Notes: a model not told the origin generated them from the sequence alone. 64,000 nt of DNA from Candidatus Bathyarchaeota archaeon (GCA_963707955.1 OY970176.1:1600001-1664000); one strand, 5' to 3'; positions 1-11,232 are shown, counted from the stretch's first letter. Program-made: numbers and translations.

Positions 1-266
1 GACCGCACCACGCCTTCTGCTGAAGCTTCTGTTCAGAAGTCTCCACGCACAGGTCGGTGCGTGACAAGAGGAGTCTGATGCGCCATGACCGCTGTTGTTG
101 CTGTGTTGAGCTTTGCCCAGGGACGATATATGTTTGTGTTCGCGTTTTCGCAAATCGTCTATTCCACATGCCCCCTTCTCCATAAGCTGTCCTTCATTTG
201 ATAGCTGTGCAGGCCTTTTCTAGGATTGATAGATTGGCAATAGTAGTGGATAGTCGTATGCTGATT

Positions 267-1188
267 TCAACACATACCAAGTTTCTTCAAGTCGCTGAGT
301 GTTGGCAGGCCACTTCTCGCGCCCATGGCAGTGATGGACCTTGAGGCGACGAAATTGCCTATTTTTCCCGCTTCATTGATGTTCTTGCCGGAGAGTAGCC
401 CGAATATGAAGCCAGCGTCGAAAGCGTCGCCAGCTCCGGTGGTGTCCACAACCTTGACTTTGAAGGGTTCCACCAAGTGGCTTTCATCTCTGTCTATGAC
501 GTAGCATCCTTTGCTTCCCAGCTTTACAGCTAAGACTTCAACACCTTCATCAATTAGCAATCGTGCGCCTGCTTTATAGTCAGTCTTGCCTGTTAGCAAT
601 GCAATTTCACCTGCGTTTGGCATCATTACAGAGGTCTTGTCTATAATGGGCTCTAGTTTCGTTAATCCGATTCCTGCGTACAGTGCTCCAGGGTCGAAGC
701 TCACTCTGACCTCTTTTGGCAGCTGGCCAACAATTTTCTTCTGCGTTTCGAATGACTGTTTTCCAACAAAGGATGATAAATGCAAGAACCTAGTGCTTGA
801 CGCATATTCACTGTCTATTTGGTCAAGTCTTATTGTGTCGTTCACGCCTGGGTCGATGTACAATGCGCGTTCTCCCCCTTTGCCCACGAAACCCATCACT
901 TTGCCGCTTCTTCCCGTCGTCGCAACCGTTACGCCTCTTGTGTCAACGCCTTCTTTTCGAAAATCTTGAAGCAGCATTCTTCCTTCAGCGTCGCTGGCAA
1001 CCTTACCGATGAAACCCACCTTGCAGCCAAGTCTCGCCAAGGCCACCATGGTGTTTGCCGCTGAAACCGCCGCAAGCCTCTGAGTGATCGACTACAAAAC
1101 TTTCTTCCTCGGCAACGGCTATTCTGTTCACCTTAAACAGCTTGTCAACGTTGAGGGCGCCGAATCCTACGGCATCGAGTTTGCTCAT
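267..1188 (-). CDS. PfkB/ribokinase-family kinase (EhaT-like), split by a 1-nt insertion at about 1064-1066
   Basis: N-terminal GFGALNVD in ORF 1003..1188 and C-terminal DTTGAGDAF in ORF 267..1049. Removing one T from GGT TTCA restores GGSAANTMV. Confidence 0.88.
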
Positions 1189-2099
1189 CGAAACAGCTCT
1201 TTCAAATTTATCTTGTAGTCGCCCAACTTTCCACCGTAGTTTCCTGCAGAAATCCTCACCACGCCATCAACGCTCAACGCCGCTTCTATGCCGGCCTTCA
1301 TTGCTTTTCTAACCGCGTCCATGGAGATGCCGTTGATCACTATTTCTGGGATATAGTTGACGCCTTCTGGCACTTTGGACTCGCCTTTTAGCTTCCTTTT
1401 CAGGGAGGGGCAGTACGGATGGTTTGTGGTGGGTCCTATCAGCGGGAAACGTGTTTCAGTCTTCGACCCGGCTGAGCAGACGTCGAATGGTGTTGTTACG
1501 CCCTCAACCTGATGTATGGCTTCCAGTGCTTTCTTTCCGGCGTCGACTACTTGTTTTTTCGTTTTGCCCATGTACCAGAAGTTGCCGCCAGCGATTCCTC
1601 TCGCGTAGCCGATGTAGCGCTCTATGAGAAAGTCAGGCACCATGATTGGAACGACGATCACTTTTTTTCCGTATAGTTGCTCTTCCCACTCATACCCGTC
1701 TCCGCAGTGTCCAACCCTTTCCATCATGTCCATTTTCCCCTCAGGCTTCACGGACAAAGCGTCGAACACCGCTGTGAATGGTTTTACCAAGATATCTTGA
1801 CGAATTCGGTAGGAAAGCTCCTTTTCAAAACGGTCAAGCATGTTTTCTAAAGGTTTCCCTCTGTCTAGGCCCTTCCAGAACTGCAAGATTGCTCCTTTTC
1901 GGTCGTCGGGCGTTTCATTCTTCCCGAGCAGTCTTTCGACTCCGCTGTCAAGTCTGCCTATAACACCCGACGGCGTTGCGGTCGCATCGTCAGCAGCCTT
2001 CTTAACTGTCTCCTCGTCATCGGCGGTCACTATCACGCGACAGTATAATCCTGAAAAGGCTTCGGCATATGTGTCTTCAATCAAGTTTTTCTTGATCAA
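1185..2099 (-). CDS. Formylmethanofuran:H4MPT formyltransferase (Ftr)-family protein (EhaS-like paralogue)
   Basis: [10 protein letters not shown]-terminus, [37 protein letters not shown] and [11 protein letters not shown] motifs of the Ftr family. Confidence 0.9.
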   Translation of the reverse strand: MIKKNLIEDTYAEAFSGLYCRVIVTADDEETVKKAADDATATPSGVIGRLDSGVERLLGKNETPDDRKGAILQFWKGLDRGKPLENMLDRFEKELSYRIRQDILVKPFTAVFDALSVKPEGKMDMMERVGHCGDGYEWEEQLYGKKVIVVPIMVPDFLIERYIGYARGIAGGNFWYMGKTKKQVVDAGKKALEAIHQVEGVTTPFDVCSAGSKTETRFPLIGPTTNHPYCPSLKRKLKGESKVPEGVNYIPEIVINGISMDAVRKAMKAGIEAALSVDGVVRISAGNYGGKLGDYKINLKELFR

Positions 2100-2101
2100 A
2101 C

Positions 2102-3184
2102 CTATCCTAACCTGCTGATAGCTTCTCCTCTGACCTTCTTTCTAAACGCACTACTCTTCTTCGCTATGTCTCTCATGTTTTCTCTCGTTATTATTCTGGC
2201 TTTGGGCAGTTCTCGAGGATGCAGTTTGAGAAAACGTTCTCGCAAGTCCTTGTTCACTGAACTATTCTCTAGTGTTCTGCGATTCCATTTCGCCACTAGG
2301 TTTAGTGTTTTCGTTTTTCCGAACCTGATGAAAATGTCGGCGATCAGCGCTGTGGTCAAACTGTCCGCGGAGAGCAGTGCGATTTCAGCGTTTCTGACAG
2401 CGTATTGGTTCCCGTTGAATGAAATAGTCAGACCGCCGTTTTCCTTCACAAGCTTGAAGGCTTTCTCGTCAGTTATGCTGTCACCGACATACATCGTGTT
2501 CCTTAAATCCACGCGTTCCTTGCGTGTGATGTCCTTTATTGCTTCAGCTTTTTCTCTGCCGCCAACAGGTTTGACTTCAGAATAGATTTTTCCGATTGGC
2601 ATTTTGGCAATGGTTTTCCAGAAAATCTGGTCCAGCCTTCGAATTGTTGTCTGTGTCTCTTCTGGAAGGTCTTTTAGGCTCTTCGTTTCTGCTGGATTCT
2701 CGAACACGGGTAACTGCGCGATTTCACGGCCAGCCTTTTTTAAGCAGTCTTTCTCCTCTGAGGTTATGGTGTATGCGTCCAAGCTGAGTTTAGTGCAGTA
2801 GGTTTTCTCAAACGAAAACTCGAGAGCCTTGCATAAGGCCCTGATGTAATGTTCGTAGCTTGTGCTGATGATGTATGCCGGCGAAATGCTTCTCACGTGT
2901 CGAAGCAAGTTCCCTGCGTGTGCGATCAGGACGAGGTTTCTGGCAGAAAACTGCCTGATCTCCTCGTCTGTGACATCGTAAGCCTTGAGGAAGGGTAGCA
3001 CAAGCTTCAACGTGTCGCCTGCCTGGTAACCAGGTCTTCTCAACACGTCTGAAAGGGCATCATCATACCTGCTTACAACGGTGAAGAGTCTGTCGCCATG
3101 TGGGACAAAATGTGACAGCGTTTCGAGAGCGTTGTCGTTCTTCGAAATGGGTCCTTCACAGTCTGTGATGAAAAGCCTCTTCAC
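2102..3184 (-). CDS. HAD-superfamily hydrolase (EhaR-like)
   Basis: Motif I variant [13 protein letters not shown], motif II IISTSY and motif [10 protein letters not shown]. Start overlaps the purD stop (GTGA). Confidence 0.75.
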   Translation of the reverse strand: MKRLFITDCEGPISKNDNALETLSHFVPHGDRLFTVVSRYDDALSDVLRRPGYQAGDTLKLVLPFLKAYDVTDEEIRQFSARNLVLIAHAGNLLRHVRSISPAYIISTSYEHYIRALCKALEFSFEKTYCTKLSLDAYTITSEEKDCLKKAGREIAQLPVFENPAETKSLKDLPEETQTTIRRLDQIFWKTIAKMPIGKIYSEVKPVGGREKAEAIKDITRKERVDLRNTMYVGDSITDEKAFKLVKENGGLTISFNGNQYAVRNAEIALLSADSLTTALIADIFIRFGKTKTLNLVAKWNRRTLENSSVNKDLRERFLKLHPRELPKARIITRENMRDIAKKSSAFRKKVRGEAISRLG

Positions 3185-4608
3185 GACTTTCGCCTCAACT
3201 TCTCCATGTGTCTTACGCTCTTCTCTATGTGGTCTTCTGAGGCTATGTCGGTTCGATTCCAGAGGGCTCCACCCCGTATTGCCTTCAAGCCTTCAAGGGA
3301 GATCTGCCGAGCTTTTTCTATGCTTTCGCTGATCCCCACGGCGCACACAGCTCTGGATTTGAGGGCGAAGATCCTGCCGTCGCGTTTTTCCATTGATGCA
3401 GGGTAGATTCGAATATCGCCACCGTATTTCTTGCTCAGTTCATAAGCTCTGGTCAAGTCGACTGGTCTGTCAATGCTGTCTGCCTTGATAAGGCTTGGGA
3501 AGGTTTCTGCGTATCCGCCGTAGGAAGGTGGAGCCTTGTAGGTTACTACGGTCGCGGCTTTTTCTAATTGGAGCCTTGTCAAGTTTCCTTCCAACATTTT
3601 GAAGCAGACATCAATGAAATCATCCTTCAAAACGGGCATTATGTTGATTATCTCGGGGTCTCCTGGTCGACTGTTGTTCTCAAGAATCTTCAGTTTTCTG
3701 CGTGTGTGCATGAACGCAACGTAGAAAGGAACGCCTCGAAGGGCTGAGCTGTCTTCTTCTTTCCATTCTTGAAAGATCGTGTTGACGACGTTCAGCTCCT
3801 TGGCGCGATCAGCATCGGTCAGAAACGGCAACACGTCTCCGACGCCCTTGTACGAACCCATTCCTCCTGTGTTCGTTCCCTTATCGTCGTCGAACGCCCG
3901 TTTGTAGTCTCTTGTATCCGGCAGGGGTATGAGGTGTTTTCCGTCGCAGAACGCCTGAAAGCTTGATTCCTCTCCTTCGATTTTTTCTTCTATTATCACT
4001 GAACCGTGCTGGTAGTTTGAGAGGAAGTGCTCGAACAGCTGTTCTCGGTTCGTAAAGTCGTCACCCCAGACACCGACGCCCTTTCCAGCCGCTGGCTTGT
4101 CCGGCTTAACTACAGCTTGGTCAGCCAGTTTGTCGAGCCAATCGTAAACGTCCTTCTTGACTTCTGCAAGGGTTTTGTACTCTTTTGGGTTGAATATCTT
4201 GAAGCGCGGGTTGACTTCGGGGGCGACTCTTTTGAAAAAGAGCCGTTGTTGAACCTTGCTTCCCTCGATAGCGCATCGCTTTGTTGGACAGATCAGGGGT
4301 ATTCCTGTTCGTTTCTCTATGAGATCCCGTATTCCCTCGATTATCGGTTTTTCAGGGCCCACGATGCCGAAGTCAATTCTATGTTTATTCATCTCTGCGA
4401 ATTTGCAGATTTCCTCAACATTGAGGTCAGGTATTACAACGTGTTTTGTTGCCCTTTTCGCGTTGAAGGGGTTGCGTTGCTTATCGGCAACGTAGATCTC
4501 CACCTTGTAGTTTCGGCTGCGGGCGAAAGCGTCAACCATGGCTGCTTCTCTTGACCCATAAGAAACAACGAGTACGCCTACTTTTTCCATGAGTAACCCT
4601 TCTGCCAT
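3181..4608 (-). CDS. purD: Phosphoribosylamine--glycine ligase
   Basis: GSREAA, VGPE, VVKPDKPAAGKGV, DYKRAFDDDKGTNTGGMGSY and RPGDPE motifs. Confidence 0.92.
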   Translation of the reverse strand: MAEGLLMEKVGVLVVSYGSREAAMVDAFARSRNYKVEIYVADKQRNPFNAKRATKHVVIPDLNVEEICKFAEMNKHRIDFGIVGPEKPIIEGIRDLIEKRTGIPLICPTKRCAIEGSKVQQRLFFKRVAPEVNPRFKIFNPKEYKTLAEVKKDVYDWLDKLADQAVVKPDKPAAGKGVGVWGDDFTNREQLFEHFLSNYQHGSVIIEEKIEGEESSFQAFCDGKHLIPLPDTRDYKRAFDDDKGTNTGGMGSYKGVGDVLPFLTDADRAKELNVVNTIFQEWKEEDSSALRGVPFYVAFMHTRRKLKILENNSRPGDPEIINIMPVLKDDFIDVCFKMLEGNLTRLQLEKAATVVTYKAPPSYGGYAETFPSLIKADSIDRPVDLTRAYELSKKYGGDIRIYPASMEKRDGRIFALKSRAVCAVGISESIEKARQISLEGLKAIRGGALWNRTDIASEDHIEKSVRHMEKLRRKS

Positions 4609-4637
4609 CGGATTGACCGTGAAGACCAGTTCTTGTG

Positions 4638-6143
4638 CTAGGCTCTTGGAACGGCTTCTTCCATTTCGTACAGTCTTTCTCTCTCTTCAAAACCCTGCAA
4701 GAACCGTTTCTTCATCTCATCGGCTATTGCTTGGGCCAGCGGTGTTGGATATTTGCCTGTTATGCACCCCGTGCACAACTCGTCTTGCTTAAACCCCGTT
4801 GCTTGTACCAAGCCTTCGAGTGACTGGTAGCACACTCCGTCTGCCCCTATGATCTTTGCGATTTCTTCTGTGCTGTGTTTTGAGCCTATGAGTTGGCCAT
4901 ATGTTGCCATGTCTATTCCGTACAGACATGGTCCGACTATCCGTGGAAAAGTAACGAAAACATATACTTTCTCGGCGCCCATCCTGCGCAATTTGTCAAC
5001 TATGACCCTTGTCGTGTCCCCTCTGACGATGCTGTCTTCGGTCACTATGATGCGTTTTCCTTCGATTCTGGGACCGAGGATGTTGATTTTCCTCTCTATC
5101 GTTGGGCTTCGGTCCTTGCTAAGTAGGATGAATGCCCTCTCGGTTACGTAGCGGTGTCTTCGTGAAGCCCTTTCCCATCTCAACCCAGAAGCTTCGTGAA
5201 CGCCGAGGGCCGAGTCGTCGCCTGTTTCAGGCACGGAAAGAATTATATCCGCGTCCTTGACAACCTTCGGATTCTCTCTCACGAGGTTTCTTCCAAATTC
5301 TTCACGAATCTCATAGACGTACTTGCTGTCAAACCGTGAGTCTGGCCTTGCAAAGTATGCGAATTCAAAGGCGCAGAAAGCCTTTCCTTTCCCGTTTACG
5401 AGCTTCTGCCTTTCAAACCCTTTGTTTGAAACCGTGACGAGCTCTCCCGGCTGCAGCTCGAAATCTCTTACGAAACCGTTTATGTCTAAACTGGCGGTTT
5501 CAGAAGAGAATGCATACGTTGAGTGGTCTTCGCTGTGGCCTGCGCACAACGGCCTTATTCCATGCGGGTCCTTAAAGGCGAAGAGATTGCCGTTTTGGTC
5601 TATGCACGCCACAGAAAAGGCTCCGTCGATTTCTTCCATACATGTCCCAACGGCGGATGTTAGATCCTTTCCTTTCAAGAGTTCGATCAGCAGTTTGTAG
5701 CAGATCAAATCTGCGTCGCATTCAGATGTAAACTGTGGAAACTCCTTGCATATCTCTTTTCGAAGCTCGAACGTGTTGACCACGTTGCCGTTGTATGAGA
5801 CGGCGAGCCCATGACCTTGTTTTGAAGCTGTCACTGGTTGCGTTCCTTCCACGAGCGATTTCTCGTCGCATTTTCCGGACGTTGTGTACCTCACGTTTCC
5901 AATGCCGACATTTCCAGGCAACCGGCCAAACCATTCTTGAATTGCGCTCGTTCTAATCTTCGGCACGAGGTCGAGGCTTCTGTGAACGTGGAACTTTCCA
6001 TCAAAATACGTGAGGAAACCATGAGACTGATGTCCCCTGTGGTTTTCAGCCCGTAAACCCCAATAAATGTATTGAAACACTGGCCGTTTATCGTAGTTTA
6101 CAGCTGCATATACTCCACATGCGATCTTCGGCTGGTCTCCCAT
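4638..6143 (-). CDS. purF: Amidophosphoribosyltransferase
   Basis: Propeptide then CGV, NHRGHQSHG, VRYTTSG, CAFEFAYFARPDS, PRPP motif EDSIVRGDT, and Fe-S cysteines CLYGID and CTGC. Confidence 0.95.
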   Translation of the reverse strand: MGDQPKIACGVYAAVNYDKRPVFQYIYWGLRAENHRGHQSHGFLTYFDGKFHVHRSLDLVPKIRTSAIQEWFGRLPGNVGIGNVRYTTSGKCDEKSLVEGTQPVTASKQGHGLAVSYNGNVVNTFELRKEICKEFPQFTSECDADLICYKLLIELLKGKDLTSAVGTCMEEIDGAFSVACIDQNGNLFAFKDPHGIRPLCAGHSEDHSTYAFSSETASLDINGFVRDFELQPGELVTVSNKGFERQKLVNGKGKAFCAFEFAYFARPDSRFDSKYVYEIREEFGRNLVRENPKVVKDADIILSVPETGDDSALGVHEASGLRWERASRRHRYVTERAFILLSKDRSPTIERKINILGPRIEGKRIIVTEDSIVRGDTTRVIVDKLRRMGAEKVYVFVTFPRIVGPCLYGIDMATYGQLIGSKHSTEEIAKIIGADGVCYQSLEGLVQATGFKQDELCTGCITGKYPTPLAQAIADEMKKRFLQGFEERERLYEMEEAVPRA

Positions 6144-6163
6144 GACTGGGCAGTAAGGGAACC

Positions 6164-6180
6164 GCTATTTATCAGTTTTG
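6164..6180 (-). promoter_or_regulatory. Putative BRE/TATA promoter of the purF operon (near-leaderless)
   Basis: Minus strand reads CAAAACTGATAAATAG about 25-30 nt upstream of the purF ATG. Confidence 0.5.
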
Positions 6181-6238
6181 AGCACATTTTTAACTAAAAA
6201 CCATATCGGCTTTTACAAAAACAATGCTAATCGAAGTC

Positions 6239-7558
6239 TCATGGGGTCAGTCTGAACTTGTCTCGAGGATAAAGTGTGACTTCTCTAATGTTGTTCTTAC
6301 CTGTTAACATCATTGTCAGCCTTTCCAGACCTATTGCCCAACCTGCATGCGGCGGCATTCCATAATCAAAAGCTTGTAGGTGGTGCTTGAAGGCTTCTGG
6401 GCTCAGACCCTTCTCCCTAAGCCGCTTTATGAGCAGGTCTTTTGAGGCTATTCTCGTACCGCCTGAAACGAGCTCCAACCAGCGCCACATCAGGTCGAAG
6501 CCTTCAGAGATTTCGGGGCAGTCGTCACGCGGCTTTGTGTAGAAGGCTCTTGTCACCGTTGGCCAGTCAACTATGAAGTAGAAGTACGGATGAAGCTTGC
6601 CCAGCTTTCTATAGGCTGGTGTCGGTATGTCCTCTCCCCATGGAATCTCCATGCCTTCTCGGTTCAGTTCTTCGAGAACCTCAGAGTATTTTAATCGTTT
6701 GAAAGGAACGTCCGGCACCTTCAAGCTGTGTTTCAGCGTCTTCAGTTCCCTTTGACATTTTTCAGCGACGGTCCTGCAAACGTGCTGCATGAGCTGCTCA
6801 AGTATCTGCATTACATCTTCAGCTGTTGCGAAAGCCTGTTCGATGTCTATCGACACAAACTCGCTCAGGTGGCTCCGAGTGTGCGACTCTTCAGCTCTGA
6901 AAAAGGGTCCGATCTCGAAGACTTTTTCCAGGCTCATGACAAGCTCTTCTTTGTACAACTGCGGGCTTTGAGCCAGGTATGCTTTTCTGTCAAAATAGTC
7001 AAGCTGAAAGAGTGCGGAGCCTCCTTCTGTCGCTGAGGCAATTATGCGAGGCGTGTGCACCTCTAAGAAACCTCTTTCGAACAGGAAACCTCTGATTGCT
7101 TCTACCGCGGTGTGTTGGACCTTGAAGACCGCGATGTTTTTTTCTCGACACAAGTCTAGTGTTCGTGCTTCCAAGCACGTTTCGATACTTGCTGGGGTCT
7201 TGTCACAAATGTCTATTGGCAACTCTCGCGTGGCCGTGCTCAGAATCTTGATGTCCTCCGGTAGGACTTCGACGCCTCTTTGCGTCATGTCAGTCTTCTT
7301 CACCGTTCCTTTCACGGCTATGCTGTAGCGCCTCTGCAGTCCGTCGGACTTCGATATGACTTCGCTGGGGGCCTTCTTTCGAAGGATAGTGACTTGAATC
7401 GTGCCTTCCCTGTCCTGCAATATTATGAAGCGAATTCCACCCAGGTCTCTTATTTCCTGGATCCAACCGAAAAGGGTAACCTCTTGGCCGTCGAGGTCAG
7501 GTTTAACGTCAACAGAATAGTGCGTTCTGCGCCAATCATCAATGGAATCCAGTTTCAT
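6239..7558 (-). CDS. aspS: Aspartyl-tRNA synthetase, archaeal type
   Basis: OB-fold GWIQEIRDLGG, YLAQSPQLYK, FRAEESHT and GMPPHAGWAIGLER. Confidence 0.95.
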   Translation of the reverse strand: MKLDSIDDWRRTHYSVDVKPDLDGQEVTLFGWIQEIRDLGGIRFIILQDREGTIQVTILRKKAPSEVISKSDGLQRRYSIAVKGTVKKTDMTQRGVEVLPEDIKILSTATRELPIDICDKTPASIETCLEARTLDLCREKNIAVFKVQHTAVEAIRGFLFERGFLEVHTPRIIASATEGGSALFQLDYFDRKAYLAQSPQLYKEELVMSLEKVFEIGPFFRAEESHTRSHLSEFVSIDIEQAFATAEDVMQILEQLMQHVCRTVAEKCQRELKTLKHSLKVPDVPFKRLKYSEVLEELNREGMEIPWGEDIPTPAYRKLGKLHPYFYFIVDWPTVTRAFYTKPRDDCPEISEGFDLMWRWLELVSGGTRIASKDLLIKRLREKGLSPEAFKHHLQAFDYGMPPHAGWAIGLERLTMMLTGKNNIREVTLYPRDKFRLTP

Positions 7559-7579
7559 GAGAGCCTTTCACCGTGCTGC

Positions 7580-8089
7580 CTAGTCCGCAAACTCTACTCG
7601 CAACGTTATGTTGCGAACTCTACTGGCGATCTCCTTTAAAGCCTTTACATCAAAAGACGGGTGTGTTACACGTCTTCTTCGCAGAATAACTCGAGTTTCC
7701 ATGCTTCCGTCTGGCAACCATATCGTGTTAATCGTCATTATGCTGATTGGGGCAAAAAGGTCTTCTAGAAATTTTCTGTCATCAACGCCGTACTCTAAAA
7801 CACGAATGTTCTTGCCTGTCTCGTCGCCTATTGCTCTGACGATCTTCCCTCCGTAACCCAGAAGGCGGGGGACATCTCCGGGGCCAACCACTATCGCCAA
7901 GGTGCCGTCGGCATCGATTGCTTTGTGAAAGTATAAGTTTTGAAGAGAGGGGTACTTTTCCTCTAACGACATCATTATTCGGGCGATTTTCAGGTCAAGC
8001 TCGCTTATTTCTCCAGACTTTACTTTAGCTAAACACTTTTGGCACAGCATACCACTCTTTAGACAGAAACTGCAAAGCCCCATCTTCAA
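7580..8089 (-). CDS. NusA-like KH-domain protein with N-terminal Zn-binding cysteines
   Basis: CSFC...CQKC N-terminus and KH-like LLGYGGKIVRAI. Confidence 0.7.
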   Translation of the reverse strand: MKMGLCSFCLKSGMLCQKCLAKVKSGEISELDLKIARIMMSLEEKYPSLQNLYFHKAIDADGTLAIVVGPGDVPRLLGYGGKIVRAIGDETGKNIRVLEYGVDDRKFLEDLFAPISIMTINTIWLPDGSMETRVILRRRRVTHPSFDVKALKEIASRVRNITLRVEFAD

Positions 8090-8155
8090 CTACAAAATCG
8101 CCCTCCGCGAACAAAGGAGGGGCGGCGGAGCATTGACCCTAGCGAGAAACGATTC

Positions 8156-8434
8156 CTAGCGTTCAAGCGAGATCTCGATTGTGCTCACGTTTGAAGGCGA
8201 GCCACCCTCTTCTCTGGGTGCCATCTGCTGTGTTCCAATGCCAACACTTTTGACTTTTACGTCCGGCAGGAATCTGCGTCTGACGACTTCGACGACATCG
8301 ACTGCTCGACTTATTGCTCTCCCTCGTGCCTTGACGTTCACTTCCTTCGCTCCGCCGTGAAAGAGGGTTATGCATGCCAGTACATAGTTCATTACTGGCT
8401 TGTTTCCGATCAGCACTGCGTTGCTATCAGACAT
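8156..8434 (-). CDS. albA: Chromatin protein Alba
   Basis: [25 protein letters not shown] and VSTIEI. Confidence 0.95.
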   Translation of the reverse strand: MSDSNAVLIGNKPVMNYVLACITLFHGGAKEVNVKARGRAISRAVDVVEVVRRRFLPDVKVKSVGIGTQQMAPREEGGSPSNVSTIEISLER

Positions 8435-8647
8435 TTTGTACCGCCTTACTCCTAAGTTTCATTTTTTCTCTAGGTTCGATAACCTTCCTTCTCGGCAAAT
8501 AAATACATTACGGTTTCAATTCGCAGTTGACAAAACGTCAAATCCCATCGCATTTAATCCAATTTGCCTCTGTCTTGCTAAAAACTTAAAAGAGAGCTAC
8601 TATTGTAAAACTCTGACTTAACAAACTACAACGATGAGGAACAGTGT

Positions 8648-9106
8648 ATGGAAACGCTCACAAGACGGTCAATGCAACTACTTCGAATGCTCTACGAAAG
8701 AGGCGAGTCTACAAGCACCTACACCCTTCGCTTGAAGCAAGACGAACTGGCAAAACAGCTTGGCATAAGCAGGCAGGCCTTGAACGTTCATCTGAGAAAA
8801 CTCAGGGATCTACACTACATACGTACAGGCAGAGGCTTCATAGACGTGACAGATCAGGGATTAAGCGCGCTTGGAATATCCTCTACACCCGCCTTCATTC
8901 TGATCAAGGTTTCACCGCTCAAAAGAAGTTACGTGTACGAGAAAGTCAAGGAACTTGCCGTTCAAAGGGCGTTTAGAATCGCAGGAGACGTTGACGCACT
9001 CGCCGTGGTTGACAGGGAGAAGCTTGATGAAGTATTGAAAAAGCTGTCTTCTGTTGATGGTATACAGGACACAAAGTCCTACGTCACGATAGAAGTCATA
9101 AGATGA
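8648..9106 (+). CDS. Lrp/AsnC-like transcriptional regulator
   Basis: wHTH QDELAKQLGISRQALNVHLRKL and a C-terminal RAM-like domain (IAGDVD...IQDTKSYV). Confidence 0.75.
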   Translation: METLTRRSMQLLRMLYERGESTSTYTLRLKQDELAKQLGISRQALNVHLRKLRDLHYIRTGRGFIDVTDQGLSALGISSTPAFILIKVSPLKRSYVYEKVKELAVQRAFRIAGDVDALAVVDREKLDEVLKKLSSVDGIQDTKSYVTIEVIR

Positions 9107-9119
9107 GGGGGGCGAGGGG

Positions 9120-10256
9120 TTGAAGCTTTACGAGTATGAAGCAAAAAACATTCTTGGGAAACATGGCATTACAACGCCTCAGGGCGGATTGGCGACGAGT
9201 GCGGGCCAAGCTCGCGAAGTCGCCGCTAAGCTCAGGCTGCCAGTCGTGATTAAGGCTCAAGTCTTGGTCGCTGGAAGAGGAAAAGCAGGCGGCATACTTT
9301 TTGCCCAGTCGGCTGAGGAGGCTGAAAAAACAGCAGAAAAGCTGCTGCGCATGAAGATAAAGGAGATGCCTGTCAAAAGCGTCTGGGTCGAGGAGAAAAT
9401 TCAGGTTAGGAGAGAGCTTTACTTTGGCATAACAACTGACAGACTTAACCGATGCTACGTTGCTGTCGCTTCTTCACTGGGAGGCGTGGACATCGAGGAA
9501 GTAGCTTCGAAAACGCCTGAAAAAGTGGTGAAAACCTCCATAAACCCGCAGCTTGGTCTCCGCTCCTTTCAAACCAAAGAAATTGCTACGAAGATGGGTT
9601 ATAGGGGCAACCAGATATCTGACTTGGGAAAAATCTTGGAAAGACTTTATGCTGCTGGGTTGGAAAATGACGCTGAATTGATCGAGATGAACCCGTTGAC
9701 GGAGACTGTGGAAGGGAGATTTGTGGCAGCGGACGCAAGGATTATCGTCGATGACAACGCGTTGTTCAGGCATCAGGATTACAAGAAGAGGCTTTTGGAA
9801 GGCGAAAGTGACCTTAGTCCACAGGAGGTGGAAGCCATGAACAACGATCTGGCGTACGTTAGACTTGAAGGTAACATAGGCGTGATCGGCAACGGAGCAG
9901 GTCTCGTGATGGCGACACTGGACACGATCCAGTACTACGGGGGAAAACCAGCCAACTTCTTGGATGTCGGAGGCGGAGCGCCATCAGAAAAAACGGCCTT
10001 GGCGCTGAAAATAGTGTTGTCTGATCCGCGGGTTAAGACACTCTTCATAAACATTCTAGGCGGCATCACGCGCTGTGACGAAGTTGCACGAGGCATACTT
10101 GAGGCGAAACGGAAGGTCGGAGTCAACATGCCCATGGTGATCAGACTCGTAGGCACAAACGACGCGGAAGGCAAGCGAATACTGAAAGAGGCCGGGATCC
10201 ACGTGCTAGAAAGTATGGAAGAGGCCGCTCGGCGAGTCGTTGAAATGTCCAAGTAG
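9120..10256 (+). CDS. sucC: Succinyl-CoA ligase (ADP-forming) beta subunit
   Basis: [35 protein letters not shown] and [11 protein letters not shown]. Confidence 0.95.
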   Translation: MKLYEYEAKNILGKHGITTPQGGLATSAGQAREVAAKLRLPVVIKAQVLVAGRGKAGGILFAQSAEEAEKTAEKLLRMKIKEMPVKSVWVEEKIQVRRELYFGITTDRLNRCYVAVASSLGGVDIEEVASKTPEKVVKTSINPQLGLRSFQTKEIATKMGYRGNQISDLGKILERLYAAGLENDAELIEMNPLTETVEGRFVAADARIIVDDNALFRHQDYKKRLLEGESDLSPQEVEAMNNDLAYVRLEGNIGVIGNGAGLVMATLDTIQYYGGKPANFLDVGGGAPSEKTALALKIVLSDPRVKTLFINILGGITRCDEVARGILEAKRKVGVNMPMVIRLVGTNDAEGKRILKEAGIHVLESMEEAARRVVEMSK

Positions 10257-10270
10257 GGAGGCAACAGGCT

Positions 10271-11152
10271 TTGGCAATAATAATTGGCAAGAACACACGG
10301 GCAATCGTTCAAGGCATAACCGGATCGCAAGGAAGTTTCCACACTAAGCTCATGATCGACTGTGGAACAAGAATAGTTGGTGGCACCTCGCCTGGGAAGG
10401 GAGGATTGGAGGTGCACGGCGTTCCAGTCTACGACACCGTTGAGGAAACCCAGGAAAAACGCCGTGCCAATGCTTCGATAATTTTTGTGCCGGCGCCGTT
10501 TGCAGCAGACGCAGCGCTTGAAGCGCTTGACAACAGTATAAGAACGGTCGTGATAATAACCGAACACATCCCGATAAGAGACGCTATCGAAGTCATGGCC
10601 TATGCGAGTCAGAAGAAGGCAAGGATAATTGGTCCAAACACGCCTGGCATAATAACGCCTGGAGCCTGCAAGCTCGGCATAATGCCTTCACACATCTTCA
10701 CGTCTGGCGGCGTGGGCATGGTTTCCAGGAGCGGCACCCTCACTTATGAAATAGCTGCCGGTTTGACGAGGAGAGGCTTAGGTCAGTCGACGTGTCTCGG
10801 TCTTGGGGGAGACCCGATAACGGGACTAAACTTCACAGACGCCCTGAAGATGTTCGAGAAGGACATGCAAACAAGAGCTGTGGTTTTGATAGGTGAGATC
10901 GGCGGCAACCTTGAAGAGCTGGCGGCAAATTACATTGCGACGGAAAAATACCCGAAACCCGTTGTAGCATTCGTGGCTGGTCGTTCGGCTCCGCCGGGAA
11001 AACGCATGGGCCATGCAGGTGCGATAGTTATGGGCAGAGCAGGAACAGCTGAAAGCAAGATTGAAGCTTTCAAGGAAGCGGGCGTTGCAGTCGCTGAGAA
11101 ACCAGGTGACGTACCTGAACTGTTGGCAAAAGTGGTTGACATCAAAGAGTAG
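10271..11152 (+). CDS. sucD: Succinyl-CoA ligase alpha subunit
   Basis: [29 protein letters not shown] and phospho-His motif MGHAGA. Confidence 0.95.
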   Translation: MAIIIGKNTRAIVQGITGSQGSFHTKLMIDCGTRIVGGTSPGKGGLEVHGVPVYDTVEETQEKRRANASIIFVPAPFAADAALEALDNSIRTVVIITEHIPIRDAIEVMAYASQKKARIIGPNTPGIITPGACKLGIMPSHIFTSGGVGMVSRSGTLTYEIAAGLTRRGLGQSTCLGLGGDPITGLNFTDALKMFEKDMQTRAVVLIGEIGGNLEELAANYIATEKYPKPVVAFVAGRSAPPGKRMGHAGAIVMGRAGTAESKIEAFKEAGVAVAEKPGDVPELLAKVVDIKE

Positions 11153-11232
11153 CCAATGTTTCCGGGGAGAACAAAAAGTATATTTGACACTGAACCGTGT
11201 GAGTGTTAGCCTCCGAAAAGTAGGACAAGAAA

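Noticed and set aside
1-250. Possible gene start running off the left edge on the minus strand
   Set aside because: Two frames stay open (MEKGACG..., MWNRRFA...) but neither shows a recognisable motif, so no call can be supported.
267-3184. Eha energy-converting hydrogenase operon
   Set aside because: Only EhaR/S/T-like genes are present. There are no membrane, NiFe large/small or polyferredoxin subunits, so this is not evidence of a hydrogenase.
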